From Chrysomallon squamiferum (taxonomy: Eukaryota > Animalia > Mollusca): DNA of 64,000 bases. This document shows, piece after piece, positions 12,552 to 24,455 of this stretch (positions are counted from its first letter, which is position 1; each line of letters opens with the position of its first letter). The stretch spans positions 10,912,001 through 10,976,000 of the forward strand of contig CM022676.1 in the NCBI GenBank assembly GCA_012295275.1, given 5' to 3'. The notes under the pieces are model-generated. The model made no database searches. It saw only the letters and a list, made by a program, of their open reading frames with translations, and was not told where the DNA came from. Both the position numbers and the translations under genes were made by a program.

Positions 12552-13011
12552 ATGGCTGAAGAAAGGAAGAGAGGTGGTGAAGAGGTGGACGATGGAGGAC
12601 CAGGACTTATTTACATGCCTTTTGTTGTCATGGAAGAACTTCTCGACAAACTTCGATTGCTTGACTATGAAAAAGACTTTGTGAAAAAATTGAATCTGAA
12701 ACCTATTAGCAGGTATATTATATATATATATATATGTTGGTTTACTAATCTGTATATTATTTGGTATAAATTACAATACCAGCCTTATCTTGTGGCAAAA
12801 TCTCAAGGATAATTCAGATTTTCAGAGTAAAGGATGATAAACTGTTTTGGGTTTCTGAAGATAATGTCAGAGTAAATTTAAAAAAACAACAACCCAACTA
12901 TATATAGATTATTGTTATTAATAATAATTAATTTTTTGTTTATTATTATTTTTATAATTTTGTTATTATTATAATTATTATTATTTATAATATAATTATT
13001 GATATTATTGA

Positions 13012-13050
<39 letters not shown>

Positions 13051-13108
13051 TTGCAGACATTACTTTGCTATTAAGACAAACCCAGGAGAACAGTTTTACA
13101 TGTTTTTT

Positions 13109-13148
<40 letters not shown>

Positions 13149-13209
13149 TACTTGCAGACATTACTTTGCTATTCAGACAAACCCAGGAGAACAGTTTTAC
13201 ATGTTTTCT

Positions 13210-13243
<34 letters not shown>

Positions 13244-16200
13244 TTGCAGACATTACTTTGCTATTCAGACAAACCCAGGAGAACAGTTTTACATGTTTTC
13301 TTCATTGGCTGCGTGGCTGCTGCGTACAGCTGGACGGCAGTTTGAACAGCCACAAGAGGTAAACACTGGTTTACGTTGTCTTGATGCCGTAAACATTTTA
13401 CCTCTGTAAACATCACGTCATTTAATTTTTTACAATTCTTCTGATTGATACAGTTATATGATTATAAGTCTGTAATAAAAATAATGTAAGTTGTTGAAAT
13501 GAATAAATAAAAAAAGCATCAGATATTGTAAATATTTCACAGTGCTTAGATGAACAGCAGTTAAACCCTTCAACTGATAAACAACTCAAGTTTCTCGCAA
13601 CTGTTTTCCTCATTTAATTCTAGATTTTTTGTGTTTTGTGGCTATTTTGTTGTTTGAAGTGTTGATTACTTTGACATTTTGTGGTTATTACATGTTTTAA
13701 CTCTCACAGTATGATGATTAAAATATTACATGTTTTAACTCTCACAGTACAATGATTCTCACAGTATGATAATTAAAATATTACGTTTTAACTCTCACAG
13801 TATGATGATTAAAATATTACATGTTTTAACTCTCACAGTATGATTTAAATATTACATGTTTTAACTCACACAGTATGATGATTTAAATATTACATGTTTT
13901 AACTCACAGTATAATGATTTAAATATTACATGTTTTAACTCTCACAGTATAATGATTTAAATATTACGTTTTAACTCACACAGTATAATGATTTAAATAT
14001 TACATGTTTTAACTCTCACAGTATAATGATTTAAATATTACTTGTTTTAACTCTCACAGTATGATGATTAAAATATTACATGTTTTAACTCTCACAGTAT
14101 GATGATCCGAATGCCACTGTGTCAGGAATCCTTGATGAACTTAGAAAATTTGTGAGTGAAATTTAAAAATATTTGTTAACGTTTTTTTGTTAATATAAAT
14201 TGTTTTTGGTACCATTTAAAATAACATTTTCTGGGTTTTTGTTTTTTGTGTCACAGAGTCGAACAGTGTATTTGTTAACCTCATTAAGATGTGATAAAAT
14301 AATTTAAAGTTTGTTTGGCTGTTTGTGATACAACTTTTGTAAATGAATGGTAGGGTATTGCTATTAATACTTTATAATAATACTGATAATGTCACAGTAG
14401 TATTAAAAACCGGTTAACATAATGGTGAGTTTTTAAAAGTTATGTTTGTATCTGTGTCTGTCTGTATGTAAATGTTATTTTCAGGGTCATTCTGTAGATT
14501 TTCCTCCATCAAAGTTAAAACAAGGGTTTGGTGAGCACTGTATCTACTGTGTGTATGTAAATGTTATTTCAGGGTCATTCTGTAGATTTTCCTCCATCAA
14601 AGTTAAAACAAGGGTTTGGTGAGCACTGTATCTACTGTGTGTATGTAAATGTTATTTCAGGGTCATTCTGTAGATTTTCCTCCATCAAAGTTAAAACAAG
14701 GGTTTGGTGAGCACTGTATCTACTGTGTGTATGTAAATGTTATTTCAGGGTCATTCTGTAGATTTTCCTCCATCAAAGTTAAAACAAGGGTTTGGTGAGC
14801 ACTGTATCTATGTGCTGGACAGACTGGCGGACGAAGCTCTCAAAGCAACCAGCTTCAGCTGGCACAGACCTGTGTACCCAGAAGAGGAGATGGACGAGGA
14901 AAACGTTGTAGAGGATGACGACGCTGAGCTGACGCTGGACAAAGTTGAAGAGCCGATGTTTGCCGTGAGATGTTAACTTTTATTTTATTTCATTTTTATT
15001 TAAATGAAATTTAATTATTTATTGTTTGTTTATTTTATTTATTTATTTATTATTTCTATACTGAATAATTATTTCTTTTGTCATATTGCTAAAATTCATT
15101 TGGAAATAGAATTTTAATTTTATTTATATAAAACTGTATAAGTATTTAGTATTTAGAAGATATTTGTAAATATTATAATGTAGTTTTATGAATTTATTTT
15201 TAAAAGTATAACACTTTGATATTTGATCAGGTATTTGTAAACATTGTTATATAATATTGTTGTATTTTATTTAATTTTTTATTTCAGGGAACAGGTAAAA
15301 AAATTATAATACTGATTTTATTTTCAGGGAATAGATGATGATTATGAGGAGGATGAACCATTGTTAGATCTCGAAGACTTGAAGAAACTGAACAGAATGA
15401 GAGTGAGAATTTATTTAGTTTTTAAATACTAGAAATGTATTATTTTAAATAAACACAAACAAAAAATATAAAGAAAAAAGAGTGTGTGTCAGCATTTGTG
15501 AAAGGAAAAACAGGAATCACTGTAACAAGTTAAACAAAGTAATGACAGGAATCAGTGTAACAAGTTAAACAAAGTAATGACAGGAATCAGTGTAACAAGT
15601 TAAACAAAGGAATGACAGGAATCAGTGTAACAAGTTAAACAAAGGAATGACAGGAATCAGTGTAACAAGTTAAACAAAGAAATGACAGGAATCAGTGTAA
15701 CAAGTTAAACAAAGAAAACACAGGAATCAGTGTAACAAGTTAAACAAAGAAATGACAGGAATCAGTGTAACAAGTTAAACAAAGGAATGACAGGAATTAG
15801 TGTAACAAGTTAAAGGAATGACAGGAATCAGTGTAACAAGTTAAACAAAGAAATGACAGGAATCAGTGTAACAAGTTAAACAAAGGAATGACAGGAATCA
15901 CTGTAAGAAGTTAAACAAAGGAATGACAGGAATCAGTGTAACAGATGTAAGTTAAACAAAGGGATGACAGGAATCAGTGTAACAGATGTAAGTTAAACAA
16001 AGGAATGACAGGAATCAGTGTAACAAATGCAATTTAAACAAAGGGATGACAGGAATCAGTGTAACAGATGTAAGTTAAACAAAGGAATGACAGGAATCAG
16101 TTTAACAGATGTAAGTTAAACAAAGGGATGATACAGAACATGTTCAGGGTACAAGCACATTGAACAATGGTCAGATTACTTGTTTGTCAAAAATACTCCT

Positions 16201-19200
16201 GTAAATAATTGCATTAACTATTAACACGTTTATTTTATTTGCAATTAAATAAAGTCAAATTGTCTGCTGCCAGCGAGTTTTGTCTCTACAAAATAATACA
16301 CAGATATATCGTGTGAAATGTGAGATTGTTTTTATTGCTCTGAAAGTAAAAGGTCACCACACAGTGTGATAATGAATATTTATGATAATATTTTTAAAAG
16401 TTATTTATGTTATTTTGCATGTTACTGAAATTGATCATTGAAATTCATGCACAAATTCATGCAAAGCCATGCAGTGTGTTCTACAGTAGCCCTGATTACA
16501 CAGCCATCATTAATAGCAGCACATTTCAGAGGAATCAAAATATTAAATTTAATAATAAATTTATTAAAACATGTAATCTTTCAGATAACAATATCGTGTA
16601 AAAAAATGTAAATCTTAATAATAAATTTTTGGTTTTGTTCACATTGAAAAATTTCATGATATAAAATGTACAAGTTAAAAAAAAATGTGACAATATTCAG
16701 TACCTAAATATAATTTATATATAAAAATAAAAAAATGTATTTAGACTTTATATATTTTGAATTTATTATTATGTTTAAATGATAAATTATTATAAGTTAA
16801 TCCAAACATTTATCATACGTTGATGAATTTTAATGATGATTTTTAAAAGTTATTTATGTTATTTTGTATCATCATACGTTGATGAATTTAAACTGTGGTG
16901 ATGTTTTCTAACAGGCAGATCACGAGAGTTCCAAACCAGAGGAGATCCTGGAATCAAACACAGACGCAGCAGACTGGAAGCTAGAAGTAGAACGAATGCA
17001 GCCTCAGCTCAAAGTGACCATCAGAACTGACAATAAGGTGACAAAGTAGCCATTGTCCACTCATAATAACCACTGAGCTTTTATAATCATCATTTTTTTC
17101 TTAATACTGAAATAAAAAAAATAGGGTTACATTCCATTAAAATAATAAGATAAAATAACATAGCTCTGCTCTACCTCTTCATGTAGTTAAAAACAAACAA
17201 ACTGAGCGATGTTGTTGTTGTAGGATTGGCGTATACACATGTAAGTCCTCACCTGACACAAACTGAGCGATGTTGTTGTTGTAGGATTGGCGTATACACA
17301 TGTAAGTCCTCACCTGACACAAACTGAGCGATGTTGTTGTTGTTGTAGGATTGGCATATACACATGTAAGTCCTCACCTGACACAAACTGAGCGATGTTG
17401 TTGTTGTTGTAGGATTGGCGTATACACATGTAAGTCCTCACCTGACACAAACTGAGCGATGTTGTTGTTGTAGGATTGGCGTATACACATGTAAGTCCTC
17501 ACCTGACACAAACTGAGCGATGTTGTTGTTGTTGTAGGATTGGCATATACACATGTAAGTCCTCACCTGACACAAACTGAGCGATGTTGTTGTTGTTGTA
17601 GGATTGGCGTATACACATGTAAGTCCTCACCTGACACAAACTGAGCGATGTTGTTGTTGTTGTAGGATTGGCGTATACACATGTAAGTCCTCACCTGACA
17701 CAAACTGAGCGATGTTGTTGTTGTTGTAGGATTGGCGTATACACATGGAGCAGATGCATCAACACCGCGACGGCATTGAGACGTCGCTGACGGAGACGAA
17801 GTCGTACCTGGACAGACTGCACGACGAGATCAGCCGCACGCTGGAGAAGATCACGAGTCGGGAGAAGTACGTCAACAACCAGCTGGAACACCTCCTCCAC
17901 GACTTCCGCACCGCCAAGGACAACCTGGCAGAGACCAAGGAGAAGTACAGGCAGGCCAGCGGAGGGGTCACCGAGAGGTCGAGAACCTTGGCAGAAGTGA
18001 GCTGTGTTATCAGTTCTGTGTTATCAGTTCTGTGTTATCAGTGAGCTGTGTTATCAGTTCTGTGTTATCAGTTCTGTGTTATCAGTTCTGTGTTATCAAT
18101 GAGCTGTGTTATCAGTTCTGTGTTATCAGTGAGCTGTGTTATCAGTTCTGTGTTTTCAGTTCTGTGTTATCAGTTCTGTGTTATCAGTTCTGTGTTATCA
18201 GTGAGCTGTGTTATCAGTGAGCTGTGTTATCAGTTCTGTGTTATCAGTGAGCTGTGTTATCAGTTCTGTGTTATCAGTTCTGTGTTATCAGTTCTGTTTT
18301 TGTAGTCACTTATTTTATTGTTATTATTATTGCTGTTATCACACTGTTTATCATACTGTTTATCATACTGTTTATCATTACTGTTTATCATACTGTTTAT
18401 CATACTGTGTTGTTTACTAACTAAAACTTACTTTACTATTACTGTGTTGTTTACTAACTAAAACTTATTTTACTATTACTGTGTTGTTTACTAACTAAAA
18501 CTTACTATTACTGTGTTGTTTACTAACTAAAACTTACTTTACTATTACTGTGTTGTTTACTAAATAAAACTGTTTATCATTACTATTAGTGTTGTTTACT
18601 AACTAAAACTTACTTTACTATTACTGTGTTGTTTACTAACTAAAACTTTTACTATTACTGTGTTGTTTACTAACTAAAACTTACTTTACTTTAAGGTTAC
18701 TGTGTTGTTTACTAAATAAAACTGTTTATCATTACTATTAGTGTTGTTTACTAACTAAAACTTACTTTACTATTACTGTGTTGTTTACTAACTAAAACTT
18801 ACTTTACTATTACTGTGTTGTTTACTAACTAAAACTGTTTATCATTACTATTAGTGTTGTTTACTAACTAAAACTTACTTTACTATTACTGTGTTGTTTA
18901 CTAACTGTTTACAGGTGACAGAAGAACTAGAAAAGGTCAAACAGGAAATGGATGAACGAGGCAGCAGTATGACTGACGGAGGTGAGTTTAAACTTCAACT
19001 GTTATCTCACTGTTATCTCACTGTTATCTCTGTTATCTCACTGTTATCTCACTGTTATCTCACTGTTATCTCTCTTATCTCACTGTTATCTCACTGTTAT
19101 ATCTCTCAGTCTCTCTCAATCTGTCTTTCTCTGTCTCTTTCTCTCAATCTCTTTCTCTCTCAATCTTTCTCTCTGATTTCTTTTTTCTCTCTTTTCCTTT

Positions 19201-19854
19201 CTCTGTCTCAGTCTTTCTCTCTGTCTCTTTCTCTCTCTCAATCTCTTTCACTCTCTCTCAATCTGTCTTTCTCTGTCTGTCTTTCTCTCTCAATCTTTCT
19301 CTCTCAGTCTGTCTTTCTCTCTCAATCTGTCTTTCTCTGTCTCTCTCTCTCTCAATCTGTCTTTCTCTCTTTCTCTGTCTCTCTGTCTTTTTCAATCTTT
19401 CTCTCTCTCAATCTGTCTTTCTCTGTGTCTTTCTGTCTCTTTCTCTCTCTTTCAATCTGTCTTTCTCTCAAATTCATAGTTAGATCAGGATAATATGAAA
19501 CATAAAGTAAACCAGAAACAGTTGACATTTCTTTCAAGATAGTAGAGAGTCACAGTCAGAAAACAGGTTTTGTGTCATATAACTGAAGCGGATAACTTTC
19601 TTTAAACATCAAAGTTAGTCACCGTTACTAATAAAATTTCATTTAGCGTTTTCATCAGGTTTGTTCATGGTGTGACTTGACGTCCAAGAAGATCCATGTT
19701 AATGTGTTATGTCATATATTGTACATAATATGGATATGTGTATTGTGTATCTACATATGCAAGTGTGTGTATGTATGTGTGAGTATGTGTGTATGTATGT
19801 GTGTTTGTGTGTGTTTGTGTATGTGTATGTGTGTGTATGTGTATATGTGTGTGT

Positions 19855-19900
<46 letters not shown>

Positions 19901-20090
19901 TTTTCTGTACAACTGTTTACTGTTTTCAGCTCCCCTGGTGAAGATCAAGCAGTCAATACAACAGCTGAAGAAGGAGAACACACAGATGGACATCCGGATA
20001 GGAGTGGTGGAACATGTTTTACTGCAGGCCAAACTGAAAGAGAAGAACACACAGAACAGACAGGCGTACGGAATGATTCCAGCCATGTAG
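12552..20090 (+). CDS. IFT57: Intraflagellar transport protein 57 homolog (IFT-B, Hippi); complete spliced CDS, 410 aa
   Basis: Exons 12552-12712, 13250-13358, 14098-14151, 14749-14964, 15328-15402, 16915-17037, 17730-17996, 18915-18981, 19930-20090 (1233 nt, phases consistent). Hallmark motifs: MEELLDKLRLL, SRHYFA..TNPGEQFYMF, PQEYDDPNAT, FPPSKLKQGFGEH, WKLEVER..PQLKVTIRTDNKDWR, LEKITSREKYVNNQL, MDERGSSMTDGAPLVKIK, MDIRIGVVEH. Confidence 0.97.
13005..13305. repeat. Triplicated (TTA)n + acceptor + first ~55 nt of IFT57 exon 13250-13358
   Basis: cttgcag|acattactttgctatt... with the AG ending at 13056, 13157 and 13249. Confidence 0.95.
13687..14106. repeat. 38-bp minisatellite (12 copies) containing an IFT57 acceptor and the first 9 exon nt
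   Basis: Unit taaaatattacatgttttaactctcacag|tatgatgat. Confidence 0.95.
14455..14810. repeat. 88-bp tandem repeat (4 copies) containing an IFT57 acceptor and 62 exon nt
   Basis: AG ends at 14484, 14572, 14660 and 14748, each followed by GGTCATTCTGTAG...GTATCTA. Confidence 0.97.
15511..16130. repeat. 35-39-bp intronic minisatellite
   Basis: Unit acaggaatcagtgtaacaagttaaacaaaggaatg. Confidence 0.95.
17196..17746. repeat. 61-64-bp minisatellite (9 copies) containing an IFT57 acceptor, 17 exon nt and a GTAAGT
   Basis: Unit acaaactgagcgat(gtt)ngtag|gattggcgtatacacat|gtaagtcctcacctgac. Confidence 0.97.
17997..18297. repeat. 14/16-bp minisatellite starting exactly at an IFT57 donor
   Basis: Units gtgagctgtgttatca and gttctgtgttatca. 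Confidence 0.95.
18404..18905. repeat. ~37-bp minisatellite carrying TACTAAC, ending just before an IFT57 acceptor
   Basis: Unit actgtgttgtttactaactaaaacttactttactatt. Confidence 0.9.
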
Positions 20091-20286
20091 ACCAAACTCA
20101 TTATCACAGTTTAAATAAGTAAGAATGTCAATGTCAAAATGAAGGAGAAAATAAAATCTTCACAAACCTGAACTGTGAATTGTTGCAGTTCACAGATATT
20201 TGAATGTCGTGTTCTGTTGAAGAAAATTCTCAAAATTCAGTCCTTTTTGCTTGACTTGGGTAATTGTAAACTCTTGTATATTTGTT

Positions 20287-20336
20287 AATAAATTATTTTT
20301 ATTTAACTTTTTAGTTTTATTATTTAAATGAATAAA
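20287..20336 (+). terminator. Candidate IFT57 polyadenylation signals
   Basis: AATAAA at 20287-20292 and 20331-20336, followed by T/GT-rich sequence, 200-250 nt after the stop. Confidence 0.45.
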
Positions 20337-20636
20337 GTTCGTTGTTTTTTTGTTTTATTTTTGAGTTAATACAATGAAATTAGGTGGTAATAAATCTTGA
20401 AATAAGAAACCAACCCTATTTTCGAGCACTGGAGTTTAAGAATTGAAAATCTCGTTTCTCTACATCAGATTTTGATAAAACTTCAAGAATGTTTTTCTCA
20501 GTAACCAGATAATGTGAACAAAACCTTTTCACTGATCTCTCTTGTCTCAGTGTGTTTGTGAAGCTAATTTCAGATTTCTTACACATATTCACTGAACTGT
20601 TGATATAATATCTGAAGATGTGTATTTATTAGTCAA

Positions 20637-20842
20637 AATAATAACTAGTCATTATTGCTTTTCTACACTGCAGTTACAGATACACAAAGTAATAACCAGT
20701 CATTATTGCTTTTCTACACTGCAGTTACAGATACACAAAGTAATAACTAGTCATTATTGCTTTTCTACACTGCAGTTACAGATACACAAAGTAATAACTA
20801 GTCATTATTGCTTTTCTACACTGCAGTTACAAGATACACAAA
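20637..20842. repeat. 51-bp tandem repeat (4 copies)
   Basis: Unit aaagtaataactagtcattattgcttttctacactgcagttacagatacac. Confidence 0.9.
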
Positions 20843-22340
20843 GTTGCTATGTGATGACTTAAGATGTACTCTGTGTGTACACATACCCAAGCATTAAGTG
20901 ACACGTGTTTATTTTGCAGATTTATGTTACATGTTTATTTAAATATTTTCCAGTGATTCACACACAGCTGTGTGGAATGTTTTGTGTTAAGGAATATTAA
21001 CATTCATCTACTGCAAACCATGTATAATACAACAACAACAACACATCTGCATTCCATAATGTTTATATAAAAATAAAATTGTCTAAAAAAAAAATGTACA
21101 ATTGTAGCTTTTAGTTTACACACTTGTAAGCAAATAGTAAGTCTGTCACGATGAAACGTCTGTTTGTCTGTCACACTTGAGTACTCACTGATAAAGAAGA
21201 AACACATTTAGTTTAGCTGAGTATTTGACAACTGCACTAAAGTATAAAACTAAAAAGTATAATATTAATAAAAAAAACAGTTATACTTTATTCAAAATGT
21301 AAAAATGAGATTGTGTCTGTACCAACACTTAGACAAGGAAAGAAGAAAAAAGATTTCCAGACGCTGGTTCTGAGTGTGTTTTGAATTAGGTGCATGTCAA
21401 CACTTTTCATAAACAGTCGTTTATATAAATTAATAATGAAAACGGTTAAGTGAGAGGAATTTTCACCATCTTGGTTCTTCCCTATTTCCAAGGCCAACTT
21501 TAATATATGTTACTGACCATATCAATACAAGGTATAGTACCATAGCAACCAATGCAGATATTCAAAGTTTACATTTTAGAAATGATTAAATAGTTACTCA
21601 TTACTAATATGACTGTTATTGAAGAATTAAGAATTTGGGTAAGTTAGTTGTTTTTTTAAATATGATATAAATCTTTTGAACTAGTTAATTAATGTTTACT
21701 TTATAACATTGCTTGTACCTCTTAAACATACAGTAATAAATAATTAAATATCTAAAATAATTATAATTAACAAAACAAAAACATCAACAAAACAACACTA
21801 GTATAATAGGCAGGACAAAAATTTTAATATATTTCTTAGAAACTAAATTCTGTATCAAAGCTGACTTTTCTTGGTTGATAAACTATCAATAAAATTCAGT
21901 TGATGCAAAAATGAAATTTGATCAGAAACTGAATTACTTCTGTAAGTTTCTCAAAGTGGAATTTCTTCAGAATAAAAAACAACAAAATAAGGAATGAATA
22001 AATAACAAAATAATAAAAAAAATAAATTAAAAATTAAAAAACATTTTAAGGCTAAAAATAAACAGCATACAAACAGCTTGATTTTTCAGACAGAAATGTA
22101 CTTTTAACAGAAACACACAATCCAACCCACATTGTTGATATTTTACAGCGTAGTAGTGTAACACAGTTGTAGTAGTTGTAGCAGTAGTGGACATTTCAAT
22201 AACAGTAAATATTAAACATTATAAAATCTGTGTATTTAAACAAAAACAATAAAGTTAAAATGGTTTTGCCCTGATGAAGTGCTTCACATAGAAATATCAG
22301 CTGTTGTCGAGGTTAACAAACATTGCCCAGGATCCCAGTA

Positions 22341-22376
<36 letters not shown>

Positions 22377-23408
22377 ACACACAGACATCACTTGCTGACA
22401 GACATTGTTTCACAAATTATTTCTTTTTGTAAATACTAAATTCTTAAGGCTGGTTTTAAACTAATTTTGAAATTTAACACAATTCAGATTGTGTGAAATA
22501 AAAACTGGAAATTAAGATTTAGAAACTAAAATTAACCCATTTGTTTTCAATTATCTTGTTAAACATTTCATTTTCAAAGTGTACAAAACAGGAAAATCAT
22601 AACATTAAAGTTAGACAACTCTAAATACATTAAAAAGTGTACAAATATGTAAACAACTGTAAAATTCTTGTAAAACATTTTTAAAAAGCTGTACAATTTT
22701 TCTGTACAAATAATAAAAAATATTTAAAACCTGATTTAAACAGAAATATTTTAAAATGTTTATCAACAATCTGCTAATAACAGGATTTAACAGAAATATT
22801 AAAAAATTTGAAATCTGTGCCCAAAACATAAATAAAATAAAATAAAATAAAATAAAAATAATAATAATGAAAAATAAGAAATAATATAAATAAAAATAAA
22901 TTAATAGCAACAATGAAGAAAAACATGATAAAAATACAGATCAAATTATATTACACAGAAAGTGAGAAAATTCATAATAAAAGGAAAATGAAAAGAGAAA
23001 AAGGTGATTTTGTTTAAAGTTTGAGCTGTCTTTGTGTACTATAAAATATAAGTTAAACAAGAAACTGTTTTGCATGTAAAATGAAGTTGACAGGTAACAT
23101 TGTCAACACCTTTAACAGGTAAACATGTTGATGACTTTATCCAATGTATAACTCAAAATGTTTAATATAATTATTTTGAAATTTGATTTTAAACAACAAT
23201 TTCAGAATCCTCTATATAATTTCACTGATTTATCTACACTGAAATAGAACTGGTTTATAAGCAACCAAATATTTTGCTAAGCCCCTTTGATACTCTGCAG
23301 ATTTTTAATACCAATTCATTTAAGGACCCCTAACTTTTTCAACATTCTTGTAACAAATCCTGTATTAAATGTATTAAATGTAAAATGAGGAAATTACAGC
23401 ATGTTGTT

Positions 23409-24455
23409 TACAGGTTACTGCATTACTCAGTACATATGTAAATATCTGTGATGTTTAGAACAATACAGGTTACTGCATTACTCAGTATTTAGAACAATAC
23501 AGGTTACTGCATTACTCAGTACATATCTGTGATGTTTAAACAATACAGGTTACTGCATTACTCAGTATATGTAAATATCTGTGATGTTTAGAACAATACA
23601 GGTTACTGCATTACTCAGTACATATGTAAATATCTGTGATGTTTAGAACAATACAGGTTACTGCATTACTCAGTACGTATGTAAATATCTGTGATGTTTA
23701 GAACAATACAGGTTACTGCATTACTCAGTACGTATGTAAATATCTGTGATGTGTAGAACAATACAGGTTACTGCATTACTCAGAACGTATGTAAGTATCT
23801 GTGATGTTTAGAACAATACAGGTTACTGCATTACTCAGTACGTATGTAAATATCTGTGATGTGTAGAACAATACAGGTTACTGCATTACTCAGAACGTAT
23901 GTAAATATCTGTGATGTGTAGAACAATACAGGTTACTGCATTACTCAGTACGTATGTAAATATCTGTGATGTGTAGAACAATACAGGTTACTGCATTACT
24001 CAGTACGTATGTAAATATCTGTGATGTGTAGAACAATACAGGTTACTGCATTACTCAGAACGTATGTAAATATCTGTGATGTTTAGAACAATACAGGTTA
24101 CTGCATTACTCAGTGTAAATATCTGTGATGTGTAGAACAATACAGGTTACTGCATTACTCAGTACGTATGTAAATATCTGTGATGTGTAGAACAATACAG
24201 GTTACTGCATTACTCAGTACGTATGTAAATATCTGTGATGTTTAGAACAATACAGGTTACTGCATTACTCAGTACGTATGTAAATATCTGTGATGTGTAG
24301 AACAATACAGGTTACTGCATTACTCAGTACGTATGTAAATATCTGTGATGTGTAGAACAATACAGGTTACTGCATTACTCAGTACGTATGTAAGTATCTG
24401 TGATGTGTAGAACAATACAGGTTACTGCATTACTCAGAACATATGTAAGTATCTC
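23409..24455. repeat. 55-bp minisatellite downstream of the PHLDB stop
   Basis: Unit acaggttactgcattactcagtacgtatgtaaatatctgtgatgtgtagaacaat. Confidence 0.95.

Noticed and set aside
15288-15294. 7-nt AG|GGAACAG|GTAAAA segment upstream of IFT57 exon 15328
   Set aside because: Frameshifting and only 33 nt from the next acceptor; best explained as a small duplicate of the acceptor rather than an exon.
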